Assembly (NCBI GenBank): GCA_004431415.1
Contig: QPMI01000409.1
Coordinates: forward strand, 124,001-188,000
DNA length: 64,000 bases
From: Cyanophora paradoxa CCMP329
Taxonomy: Eukaryota > Plantae > Glaucophyta
Direction: 5' to 3'
The notes beneath the pieces are model-generated. The model was not told the origin of the DNA. It worked only from the letters and a program-made list of their open reading frames with translations, and made no database searches. The translations under genes and the position numbers were made by a program. Every line of letters begins with the position of its first letter. Position 1 is the stretch's first letter. Below, in pieces: positions 48,357 to 60,092 of the stretch.

Positions 48357-51300
48357 ATGACGAGCTCGGCGAAAGAAGACCCGTGTACGCTTTCTAACTA
48401 CATGCAGCTGCGCTGCGTCAAGCTCCAGCTTGACCTAGAGGTCAAGTTCGAGAGCCAGACAATCGCTGGGTCGGCGCTCTGGACGTGCCAGGCTCAGGTA
48501 TGTGCTAGGTTCGAGTGCGCACGTACGCGAGATGAGCGGCGCGCGGGTCGTACGCGCGGCTCGTACGCGCACGGGTGACGTTCCGCGCACAGACCGGCGG
48601 GGTCGACGCTCTCGTCCTCGACACTTCCCATCTCGTAATCTCCGGGGTATACGACGCGAGCAGCGGCGCGAAGCTCAACCATTCGCTGGAGGATGAAAAG
48701 GACCCGTTCGGCAGACCGCTGCGCATATCGCTCGGGCGCGCGCTGAGCAAGGGCGAAGAAACGCGGGTCCGCGTTGATTACAGCACGACACGGGCCTCGT
48801 CCGCCATCCAGGCGCGGCGCCCGCCTTCCGCTCGGCCCGCGCTGCCCGATTTAACCCCCTCCGCAGTGGTTGGAGCCGGCGCAGACGGCGGGGAAGAAGC
48901 ACCCCTTCGTTTTCTCCCAGTGCCAGGTGCGGAGGGGGGTACGGGGAGCTTCGCCGCGCCAGGGCCTGACGCTCGCTTCGCCGCAGGCGATCCACGCGCG
49001 GTCTCTCCTGCCCTGCCAGGTCCCCTTCCTCCCGAGACCCCATCCCCACCCCCCTCTCCCCCTGTCTCTCCCCCCCCCTGTGCCCCGCACCGCTGATCGC
49101 GCGTGTACCCCCGGGCAGGACGCTCCCGGGGTGAAGTTCACGTACGAGGCTACCGTCACTGTACCCGACCCGCTCCGCGTGCGTTCGGCGTCTTCGTACC
49201 CCCCCCCCCCCCCCCCCGCGCGCCGCCGCCAGCCGGCGCCGAGGGGTACCGCAGGCGATCATGTCGGCGCTGCCGAAGGGGGCGCAGCCGGTGGGGGCGG
49301 GCCGCAGCCGGCACTCCTTCGAGCAGCCGGTTCCGCCTACCCCCCTTCCACCACCTGCCGCCTACCGGCCGGCCCAACGCGTGGGGCAGGTGCCGATCAG
49401 CTCGTACCTGGTGGCGGTGGCGGCGGGGGACCTGGCGGAGCGCAAGATCGGCCCCCGCTCCTCCGTCTATGCCGAGCACCCCGTCGTCCGCACCGCCCCG
49501 CCCCGCCCCGTCCGGCGCCGGGCCGACGGGGGGGCAGGTGGAGGCGGCGGCGCACGAGTTTGCGGACACGGAGCGCTTTCTCGCCGCGGGGGAGGCCCTC
49601 CTCGGGCCCTACGTCTGGTCCGCCCTCTCGTCGCCCCCGCGAGAGCTCGCCGCGCGCCCCCGCATCATACCTACACTCCTCCCGCCTAGACGCTGGGCCC
49701 TCCCTGCCCCGCCCCGCCCCGCCGCTGACGCTCGGGGGGCAGGGGTCGGTACGACCTCCTCGTGATGCCGCCATCCTTCCCCTACGGTGCCCCGCCCCGC
49801 CCGGCCCGGCACGCCCCGCCCGCCCCGAGCGTGGGCGGGGGGGCAGGGGGCATGGAGAACCCCGTGGTGACGTTCGTCACGCCGACGCTCCTCGCCGGCG
49901 ACCGTTCGCTCGCGAACGTCCGCCCGCCCCGCCGCGACGCGCCCCGGCGTTGCTGAGGCGGGGCGGGGCGGGCGTGGCGGGCAGGTGGTGGCCCACGAGA
50001 TCGCCCACAGCTGGTGCGGCTCGTCGGGGCTGGAAGGGCGGGCGGGGGAGGGCTGACGGGGGGCGGGGCGGGGCGCAGGATGGGGAACCTTGTGACGAAC
50101 GAGGACTGGCGCTCCTTCTGGCTCAACGAGGGCAACACGCGCGCCCCGCCCCGTCCCGCTGAGCGTCCCCGCCCCCGAACCGCCCATCACCGTCCCCTCC
50201 CGCAGCGTCTTCGTCGAGCGCAAGATCATCGGTGCCCCCGCCCCCGCCCCGCGCGACGCCCCGCGCGAGGCCCCGGGCCCCTGGGGCTGAGGCCGCGCCC
50301 GCGCCCCGCAGAGGCGATGGAGGAGGAGGGGCACCCCGGGGCCGGCGCGAAGCACTTCGACCTGCACGCCGCCATCGGCCTCAAGGCCCGCCCCGCCTTC
50401 TCCCCGCCCGCCCCCTCTGCCCCCGACTTGGCGCGTGGCGCGGGGCAGGAGCTGCGGGACTCGGTGGAGCAGTACGGGGAGGACCCCCACGGCTTCACCA
50501 AGCTCGTCCCCGAGTCCGCCCGCGCTCCCCCGCGCCCGCGCCCGCGCGCCCCGCTCCGCCCCGCCCGACGGCCCCCGCCCCGCCCTGCCCCCGCCCCCGC
50601 AGCCTCACGGGCGTGGACCCCGACGACGTGCGCGCCCCCCGCCGGCCCCGCCGGCCCCCTCGGCCTCGGCCTCGGCCTCGGCCTCTGCCTTCGCCTACCG
50701 ACTTCGCTTCCCTTCTTTCCTTCCCGCAGGCGTTCAGCTCGGTGCCGTACGAGAAGGGCTTCCTCCTCCTCCACGCCGTACGCTCCCTCGTCGGAGACAA
50801 GGCGCGCCGCTGTCTGCCTTCGCCCCGCCTTATGCTCGGAGAAGAGCCGGGCGCCCCGCCCGCGCGCATCGCCTCGAGGCCCGCCCTGGGGCTCCAGCTG
50901 ATGGGCGGTGCCCTGCAGGCCTTCTGCGGCTTTCTGCGCGACTACGTCGAGCACGTGCGCCCGCCCTCGCGAGGCGCCGCCGGCTCGAACGAGGGCCCCG
51001 CCCCCGCCCCCGGCGCCTGCAGCTGACGCGGCCCCGCGCAGTTCAAGAACCGGACGCTGGGGGCGCACGACTGGCGCGCCTTCGTCGTCGACTACTTCCG
51101 CCCCCGCGGGTGCGGGGCCCGGCCCGAGGGGCCCCCCTGGAGCCCCGACGCGGGGCCGCGCAGGGTGGACCTCGAGGCCCGCATCGACTTCGACACCTGG
51201 TTCAACGCCCGCGGTGCGCCCCCCCTCCCCCCCGCCCATCGCCAGCGGCGGACGGCGCCGGCCGCGCCCCGGCGGTGGCGGCGGGGCGCAGCGACGCCCA

Positions 51301-52204
51301 GAAGCCGGCGCTAGAGGGTGTCATGGAAAGAGGGCTCGGGGCGAGGGGGCCGGGGCGGGGCGCAGGGGTGCCGCCGTACGAGCCGGCGCTGGACGGGAGC
51401 CTCATCGGGGCGGCCCGGGCCCTCGCCGCCCGCTGGCTCCACGCGGAAGGAGACCTCCACGGCGCCGCCCCCGCCGACCTCGCCGGCTGGGGCACCCCCC
51501 TGAAGGGTCCCTCCCTCCGTCCCTCTCCCGCCAGCGCGGGCGACCTCGCTCGCTGGCGCCGCCTGCCGCTGACGGTCACGGGGCGGGCAGTGCTGTTCCT
51601 GGACGAGCTGGTGGGCGGGGCGGGGCGCCTGAAGGAGGGCGCCGCCGCCCGCCTCGACGCCGCCTACGCCCTCTCCGCCGTCCGCAACGCCGAGGCGCGT
51701 CGGCCCGCCTCGCCAAGCCCGTGGCGGGGCGGGGCTGATGGGGGGCGGCGGGCCGGGGGCGGGCGGCAGGTGCGGTTCCGGTGGCAGACGCTGCGGCTGC
51801 GGCTCGGAGACGCCGCCGTCGTCCCCGCCGTCAAGGCATTCCTCGCCGAGCAGGCCCGCCCGCCCCCCTGCCCGCCCCCAGGCCCCGGGCCCGCGCCGAG
51901 GGCTCCCGTGCACCTCGAGACCCCGATCGATATCGCAGGGGCGGATGAAGTTCGTGCGCCCCCTCTTCCGCGACCTCGCCAAGCTGCCCGGGTCCGCCCG
52001 CGCCCTCCCCTCCCCCCGGCCCTCGCTCGGGGCCCCGGGCTCGCTCGCGAGAAGCTCACGGCGCCGGCGCTCCGATTGGATCGCAGGGGGGCGGGGGCGC
52101 GGGAGGCGCGGGGGGCGTTCGGGGAGCTGGGCGCCGGGTACCACGCGATCGCGGTGAAGATGATCGAGCGCGACCTCTCCGCCATCGAGGCCGAGGCCAA
52201 GTAG
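48357..52204 (+). CDS. LTA4H: Leukotriene A4 hydrolase-type M1 aminopeptidase
   Basis: [80 protein letters not shown]. Confidence 0.93.
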
Positions 52205-53111
52205 GGCCCCGCGGCCCGCCACAGGCCTGCAGCCGGCACCTCCGGCCGGCCGGACGCGGCGATCTTCAATACCTGCTGCTCGGTAGCACCCATGGCCACA
52301 TACCTGCTGCGGCCGCATAAGTCACAGCCGGCCGGGCCTCGGCTCAGTGCAACATTTTGCAAGACTCTAAGAAGCTTGCAAATTGCAAATTGCCTGTTGA
52401 ATTGAACATGAAGCCTTAAGACCTTCCATTTGAGCTTGAAGCGTGATCATGATCACTGATCATGAGGATCCGATGATCATGGGCCTCAGTGCTGAGTGCG
52501 GCCTGCCAGGCTGCACTGGAACATTTGGAAGCCCGGCCCTCCGAGCCTCGGAGGCCCGGCCCGGCGGGGCTCAGCGCGCTCAGCGACTTAACTCAGTGAC
52601 TCTTCAAGATTGCCACTGGCCAGTGGGCCACACAGCCGCCGTGTGAGCTGAGCAGCCTGGCAGTGCCAAAACTTGCCATGATCAGACTCCGAGATGCACT
52701 AGTACCGATGAATGAATGATGAAGTTTTTGGCAACTTGCAAGCAGTCGGTCACACTGCGGTACGTATACGGTAGGCCTTGCATTTGCAATTGAACCTTGA
52801 AGGTCTAATTCAGGTCTTGCATTGCAGTGATCATGACAGGTGATTTTGAACGGCACTTCAAGGCTTAAGCTTTATGGGTCACCCAGGTGCCCGGGTGACC
52901 GGCCGCGGTGCCCTGGCATGCGCAACTCATGCCATGATGATCAGCGCCTCCGCTCCGATCCGAGGCCCTCGAAACTCGACCCCTCGAGCTCGGCCCTCGG
53001 CGCGCCCCCGAAAGTCGCAGCCTCAGGGTCTCGCACTGTTAAATTGCAGGCACCGCGCACTCGACGCCTGGCGACTCGCGATCGGACCGGAGGCTCGCGA
53101 TCGAGCCCCTC

Positions 53112-55151
53112 CTAAGATCCCCCGCAGATCGCCCGCGCGAGCCACGCGAAGCCTGCTCGCGCGCGCGCGCGATCAGCGGGCACGCCGTCAAGGCGGGGGC
53201 GGGGCGGGGCCGCAGACCCTCGGTGTACCCCCAGGCCTCGGCCGCGCTGCAGGCCACGAGCCGCAGGGGCCGCTCCAGGGCGGCCTCCCCTCCCCCCCCC
53301 TCCCCCTCCCCTGCCCCCTGCGCCCCCGGCCCGCAGAGTCGGCGCCCCTTGCGGACCGGCGGGGGGCGAGCGGGCGGGAGGGGCGGGCCTGGGAGTCGAG
53401 GCGGAGGGCGGCGCGGAGGGCGGGGGCGGACATGGCCCCGGGGGCCTCCGCCTTGTTCCCGAGGACGAGGACGGGCAGCCCCGCGAGCTCCTCGCAAGAG
53501 AGGAGCTTCTGCGCGGGCGGGCGAGCGAGGGAGCGCTCAGAGCGTGAGGAAGAAGCGCCAAACGCACGGCTCCGAATTCGCGCCTGGAGCTCCTCGGCGG
53601 CCTCGGGGGCGCGCCCCGCGTCCGCCCCGTCCACCACGAAGACCAACCCCCGTGCGCGCGCCCCCGCCACCTGCTCGCCCCACCGCCGCCGCGCTGCGCC
53701 GCCCCCGCCCTCGCTCAGGCCGATCCGAGGGCGGGAGCGGGGCGGAGAAAGAGGCCTCAGCACCGCCGCAGTTCCCCCCCAGGACGAAGGCGGTGAAGCG
53801 GACCCCCGCGACCGCGAACTCCTCCTCGTCTGCGCCGGCGTGAGCGCCCAGCGCAGGGGCGAGGGGAGGGGCGGGGAAATGCGGCGCGCAAGCGTAGAAG
53901 GAGGGGCAGTGGACGGCGAAGCGGCCGCCCTGGAGGCGGGCGAGGAGGCAGCTCTTGCCGGCGTTGTCGAGCCCCGCCACGAGCACCCGCGCCCGCCCCC
54001 GCAGCCCCAGGAGCTCCAGCGCCGCCCCCGCGAGGAGCCGCCCCGCCGCCGCCGCCCGCCCCAGCAGGGCAGCCCCGCAGGCCCGGAGCCGCCGGACGAG
54101 TCGGAGGGGCCCCGGGGGCTGCCGCGGAGGGCGGGCGGGAGGGTCGGGGGCCCGCCCCCGTGCAGGATCTGCCGGGCCAGCCACTCGAGGCCTGCGCCGG
54201 CGCGCCGCCTTCGCGTTCGGAGCGCGTCGCGGGCGGGAGGGGGGGGACAAGCACGCGCACCTTCCGTGTACCCCTCGCCGAGGCGCGCGCTGCACGGGAC
54301 GTGCCGCAGGGCCCGGCCAGCCCTCGCCTCCTGCTGCCCGCAGTGTTGGCGTAGAAGGCGCGGGGCGGGAAGAAGGGGCGGGCGGGCGGGGGGGGGGGGG
54401 GGGGGGGCCTGGGAGTCGAGGCGGAGGGCGGCGCGGAGGGCGGGGGCGGGCATGGCCCCGGGGGCCTCCGCCTTGTTCCCGAGGACGAGGACGGGCAGCC
54501 CCGCGAGCTCCTCGCAAGAGAGGAGCTTCTGCGGGGGCGCTCAGAGCGGGAGGAGGCCTGGGGCGCACGCACGGCCCCGCGCCTGGAGCTCCTCGGCGGC
54601 CTCGGGGGCGCGGTCCGCGTCCGCCGCGTCCACCACGAAGACGACTCCGTCCAGGGCGGGGAAGTAGTCCCGCCACACCCGCCGCGCTGCGCACGCGCCG
54701 CGCGAGCATGAGCGGCGCTCGTCGCACGGCCGAGGCCGCGGCCACCGACGCGGGCGCACCGCCGTACATGCCGCTGAGGTCGTACGCGCGGAAGGCCACT
54801 CGGCCCACCTTGAACTCCTCGACGTCTGCAGCCGCGTCTGCGTCAGCGCTTGCTCCGGCGCGCCAAGATCAAGCAAACTGCCGCTAGCGACAGCTTGGCG
54901 CGCGGCCGCACGAGGGCATTGCGTCGGGCCGGTGTTCGTCGAGCGGCCCTGAATGCGGTGGCAGATCCACGTCTTCCCGCTACCTGAGAGAGCGCGTCTG
55001 TTGGGGGCAGAGCACGCCAGGAAGCAAATCGCGGACCATCCAGCCCGAAGAAAGCGATCCGCGCGCCCTTGGAAGGGCCTAGGCGGAGGAACCCAACGAC
55101 GGCCGCGATCAAGCCAATGAGCGCGCCTAAACCCGACACGACATCGACCAT
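53112..55151 (-). CDS. Tandem two-domain Sar1/Arf-family GTPase-like protein
   Basis: Domain 1: [35 protein letters not shown]. Domain 2: [27 protein letters not shown]. The linker needs a 1-nt frame correction. Confidence 0.78.
53386..54532 (-). repeat. Near-identical 127-bp blocks (53386-53512 and 54406-54532) in the two Sar1-like domains
   Basis: One visible mismatch across the [26 protein letters not shown](S/P)[13 protein letters not shown] exon. Confidence 0.9.
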
Positions 55152-55631
55152 GGCGGCGGCTCCGAGATTATCGCCGGGCGCTGAGCGAGCCCCGCAGCGC
55201 TGCAGCTGGAGCGAGCCGCGAGCTAATGTCGAACGCGCACGGCAAGCCCAAGCGCTTCGTCATACGACGCCGCGCAGCCCATATCGACAATGTACAAGTG
55301 CATTTCAGACACGACCAACGACATCTGGACTAGCCGTAGTAGCTGTTTGGCTAGCAGTGGGCCGCCGGCACTTCACACCAAGGCAAGCCGACAAGCCGAC
55401 AAGCCGACAGGCACGGTTCGGCGTACCCCGCTGCTCTGCCCTCTGTGCAACACGTAAACGCCTGGCCGTCAGCAGCGGAAAGCAGGGTTTCTCGCGCAGC
55501 GCATTCTCATCAACGAACGACGTCCGCATCCTGTCCGCTCGCTTGACATATCCATCGACCGCTGCAGCATTCCGCCCAGCATTCTGTAGAGCCCGGCGTT
55601 ACGCCGTTGTTGAGCCGCAGAGACAGCAAAC

Positions 55632-56738
55632 ATGTTCGACTTTCTCAAAGGCAAGAGCACCGAGGACAAGCTCTTCGACCAGGTGCAGTCCCCGCCGCCC
55701 GCCTCCGCCCGCCGGGCGCTAGCGCGCTCGCTGCGCGCTCCAGCTAATGCTTCCGAGCTGATTGTCAAGCACGATGCGGGCGTCGCTGACCTGCGTCCTG
55801 CGTGGATCGCAGATCTTCCAGCTGAAGTTTACGGCGAAGCAGATGATCAAGGCGTCAACAAAATGCGAGAAAGAGGAGAAGGAGGTGCGTCGGCTGCCAT
55901 GCCGTAGCTTGGTCTGGGAGAAAGTGTCCCCGGGAACTCCTCCGCCCTCTCGTGCCACACATCCCAGACGATAGCTAGCTGCATGTTCTTGCGCAGCCCG
56001 CCTGCCGGCGCCGGCGCGCCCGTCGCTGACCTCCCGGCCGCGGCGCAGGAGCGCTTCAAGCTGAAGAAGGCGATCGAGAAGAAGAACATGGACGGGGCGA
56101 GGATATACGCGCAGAACGCCATCCGCAAGAAGAACGAGGCGATGAACTACCTCAGGCTCTCGTCTAGGGTGCGCGCGGCTGCCCCGACCCCGTTGCCGTC
56201 ACCGCCGGCCCGGCCCGAGCGCGCGGCGCGCGGGGGCGCAGCTGGACGCGGTGGTGAGCAAGCTGGAGAGCGCGATGAAGATGGGGCAGGTGAACAAGAG
56301 CATGGCCAAGGTCGTCCAGACCATGCAGCTCTCCATGGACTCGATGGACCTCGAGACGGTGCGCATCGGAAGTCTCGTCGTTTCGACCGCTCGCGCCCGA
56401 TCGGATTCGAACCCAGATCTCGAAGACGATGGACCAGTTCGAGAAGCAGTTCGAGACGCTGGACGTGCAGTCGAGCTACGTGGAGAACGCCATCGGCGCC
56501 TCCACCAGCATCTCCGCCCCCGAGGACGAGGTCAACAAGCTCATCGGCATGGTCGCCGGTCCGCCCCGCCCCTCCTCCCCCTCGTTGGATCGCGTGCGCC
56601 CCGCGCGGATCTAATTTCAGCGCAGAGGAGCACGGGCTGGAGGTGGAGGGGCAGCTGCCCTCGGTGGGCCGCATCGGCGCCTCGGTCGCCGGCTCCGAGC
56701 AGGAGCTCCAGGCCCGCCTCAACGCCCTCCGCTCCTGA
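55632..56738 (+). CDS. CHMP1: ESCRT-III associated CHMP1 / Did2 / Vps46
   Basis: [76 protein letters not shown]. Confidence 0.95.
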
Positions 56739-56904
56739 CCGCCCCCACACCCACTCCCGCCTCCTTCGGCCGGGCCCCGCCCGCGCCCCGCCCCCTCCCC
56801 TCCTCCCTGCCCTTCCCTCGCCTCCCCCCTGCCCCGGCCCCCGCCCCCGCCTTCCCGTCCGCCGCTGTACAGTTCGCTACAATTCTTATTACGAGTACCC
56901 GCTG

Positions 56905-59224
56905 CTACGAGTTGATGGCGACGGTGATGCGCACGTACCCCTCGCGGCCGTCCGCGCGCCGGAAGACGCGCATGGGGTTCAGTCCCTCGCCCACGTCCCG
57001 CACGAACCTGCGCGAGGTCAGATGGCTCGGATGCGAACGAAGGGGCGGACGGGGTACGCGCATGCAGACGACGGGGGGCAGGGCCCCTTCAGGGTCCGAA
57101 CCCGAGTCGGGGGGAGGGGCGGCGGGGGGCCCGCAGGAAGGGACGGAGGCGAGGAGGGGCCCGGTGGCCCAGACGGAGAACTGGGGCACGCGGTCGAAGG
57201 TCGTGCAGCGGTGCGGCCCGATGAACGCCGCGTCCCAGAGGCCGCCCTCCCCCTCCCCCTCCTGCCCCGCTCCCTGTTGCCCGCCAGCCAGAACCAAGGC
57301 AGGCGGGAGGGCGTACTGGGGGCCCGAAGTGGAGGGGGAAGGTCGGGCCAAAGACGACGATCGTGTGCTGGCGCATGCTGCGGGGCGGGCGTGAGAGGCC
57401 AGAAGGGGCGGGGGGGAGGAGAAGGCGCGAGGGGGGTACAAGGCACCGGAGGACGCGGGAGGGGGTGGCGGAGGCGATGCCGCGGAGGCCGAAGCACTCC
57501 TGCGGGGGGTACGCCCGGTCGGCACCGGGCACACGGCCCCCTGTACCCCCACCCAGGAGGAGGGGGTGGGGGGTACCTCGGCGAAGAAGAGCTGGTTCTG
57601 GTAGTCGGGCGAGGCGAGGAAGGCCTGCGGGGGAGGAGGGGGCCCTCAGCGGTGCCCGCGCGTGCGCGGGGCGGGTGGGGAGACGGTCTGCCGCGCTCCG
57701 CTCTGCAGCGAGAGCGGGGGCGGGGGAGGGCGGGGGGGCAGGCCTCGCGGAGGGAGTCGCCCGGGGCCAGCTCGGGGAGCTCGTAGAAGCCGCCCGGCCC
57801 GACGGGGAGCGCCCGCATGTCCGACTTGGTCGCCAGCCGCATCTCGTACTCCACCTGCCCGCCGCCCCCCTCGCGCCCGCCCCGAGGCCCCTCCCGCCCC
57901 GAGCCCGCCCCGCCCACCTGCCGCGAGAGCGAGTCGATGTACGCCGCTGCGCCGGCCCCAGTGAGCGCACGGGGGGCGGGGGTTCGGGGGCGGCGGGCCT
58001 GCGATCTGGGGCCCGACGGCGCGGGCGAGGCGGATGCGGAGGTCCTCCTCGGGGTTCGGGTGGAGGATCCGCGGGCCCTCCCCGCCCCCCTCCGCCCCCT
58101 CCCCACCCGAGGCGCCCGAGGTGGGCCCCGCCGGCCCCGCGGCGCCGGCTTGGGCCTCGCCAGCCTGCGGTGCCGCCGCCGCCGCCGCCGGCTCCTCCTC
58201 CTCGAGCGCGCCGGGGCCGGCGTGCGCCTGCGGCGGCGCCCCGTCAAGCGGGGAAGCGGGGGTCGGGGCGGGGCGGGCGGGGCGCGGACGGCGGTGAAGT
58301 CGGAGAGCGCGCGCTCTATCGCGGCGTGCTGCTCCCGCGTGACGACGAGCTGCGGGGCGATCTCGAAGCTGCGGGGGAGGCGTTCGCCGCGCCGCCACGC
58401 GAGTCAGCGCGGCGGCCACTCGAGCGGGCTGCGCTCGGGGGCGGGGGGGCGCTGGGGCGGGCGGACCACTCCTCGATGCGGACGGCCTCGCCCTCCTCGT
58501 CGACCTCCGCCTCGGGGTGCTCCTCCGCCCAGAGCCGCGCCACCCGAGCCAGCTCCAGGTCGGCCCTCAGCGAGGAGCCCAGCAGCGCGCTCCGGCACAC
58601 CTGGGCCCCCCACGCCAGGACAGGCTCGCGCCGCCTTCCTTCGAATTCCGGGATGCGACGAGCGGGGCGGGCGCACGGGGCAGACGGAGGCGCGCGTGAG
58701 CCAGTTCATGATGCTCTTGCGGTTGAACTGCGCGGCGTTGCGGTTCAGAGGCAGGGAAGCCGCGAGCGACCAAAACGCTTGCTCGGTGCTTGCAGGGAGC
58801 GACAACGGGGTCCACCAGGAGCGCCCTCGAAACGGGGCAGAGCAGGTCCTGGCTGCTCACGCCCTCAAGCTCCCGCTTTCGCTGCTCCCGCAGCCCCTGC
58901 TCGAGACTACACGAGCGCGGGGGTGGTCAGAGGGATGCGGCGAGCGCCGCGGCGCGTACGTCTGCGCTGCAGTGCATACCCGCGCCTGAACTCATCCGAG
59001 TCGATGGCGCCCTCCTTGACAGATTCCCGGTCATCTGTCTCAACTTCAGACGGCCGCGTCCGCCGCCATCAGGCGCACGCACCGAGCGAGTCCTGCGCCG
59101 CGCAGGCAGCGCCCCGCGCGTAGGCTCGTCGCCGACGGGCGACGCGCGCGGCGATGAAGCCTGCACCAATTACCGCCGCCGCCGCGGCAGCGAGGGCGCC
59201 GACAACGACCGCCCGCTCCCTCAT
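56905..59224 (-). CDS. Signal-anchored protein with degenerate RING (U-box/SP-RING-like) and unknown C-terminal domain
   Basis: MRERAVVVGALAAAAAAVIGAGFIAARVARRRR; spliced DLLCPVSRALLVDPVVAPCKHRFNRKSIMNWLTRASVCPVCRS. Confidence 0.72.
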
Positions 59225-59288
59225 GAGCGGATTGGCCTCTACAGAGCGCGACGGGGGGAGCGGGCGTGGCCGGGTACAGCAAGGAGCG

Positions 59289-59879
59289 ATGCGGAAGCAG
59301 GGCGCGCCGCCGAAGCGCAGCTTTGCTCCTGGACCCCTGTTTGTCGTCCTCCCTGCTCCCGCCGCATCGCAAGGCGTGGGGCTGTCTGTCGGCAAGCGCG
59401 GCTCGCACGTCGGCAAGCGAGCCTCGCACAGATGCGCGGCCAGTAAGCAAGAAAAGGTCCGTATGCGAGGCGTACGTTGCTTTGCGAAGCCTACGGGGCC
59501 GCGGGCTGATCGCTATCCGCGCGGCCGGCCAGTGCGAGATCTGCAGCGGGACGGGGTTCGTTCCGTGCGATCGCTGCGGCGGCTCGGGCTTTGCTCAAAA
59601 GCAGGTGCTCGTTGACCGTGAGCGGCTGCTGGATCGTGAGATCTAGATCAAATGCATTAATGTCGACTTCCTGAACGTTTACGCAAACCAGCGCCTAGTC
59701 CTTCCTACCGCCTGACCGAGCCCTTTTCCTCACGTGCAGTACATCGGAGAACCAGACAGACGGTGTCCAGTCTGTGGTGCGTGCTCTCGGCTCTGTCTCC
59801 GTCTCATCCCCTCACCCTGGGCTTGGCCTTTCCCGCAGAGGGCGAGGGCGACCTGCCGTGCAGTTGCCAGTACTTATAA
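59289..59879 (+). CDS. Small DnaJ-type zinc-finger protein without J domain, probably organelle-targeted
   Basis: CEICSGTG, CDRCGGSG, CPVCEGEG, then PCSCQYL*. Basic N-terminal extension; start is uncertain. Confidence 0.75.
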
Positions 59880-60092
59880 AACGGGACCCCTCTACTGTTC
59901 TCCCCTGTCTCTGGCCCCCGCCGCCCCTCCTCCCTGCCCGGACGGAGTAAACTTTCGTTTTTCTGAGCAGCACTCATTCTTCCTAGCTGTAGCTTATGCT
60001 CGTATCTATGCGGCCGAAAAAATCAAAGGCGTTGTGTTTTTGAAGGATATTGGCGGGGCGGGCGGCGCGTGCTTGGCTCGCCTCAGGCCTAG

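Noticed and set aside
29520-51769. Similar-looking introns as an introner transposon family
   Set aside because: The similarity is compositional ((cccgc)n) only. No near-identical copies or target-site duplications were seen.
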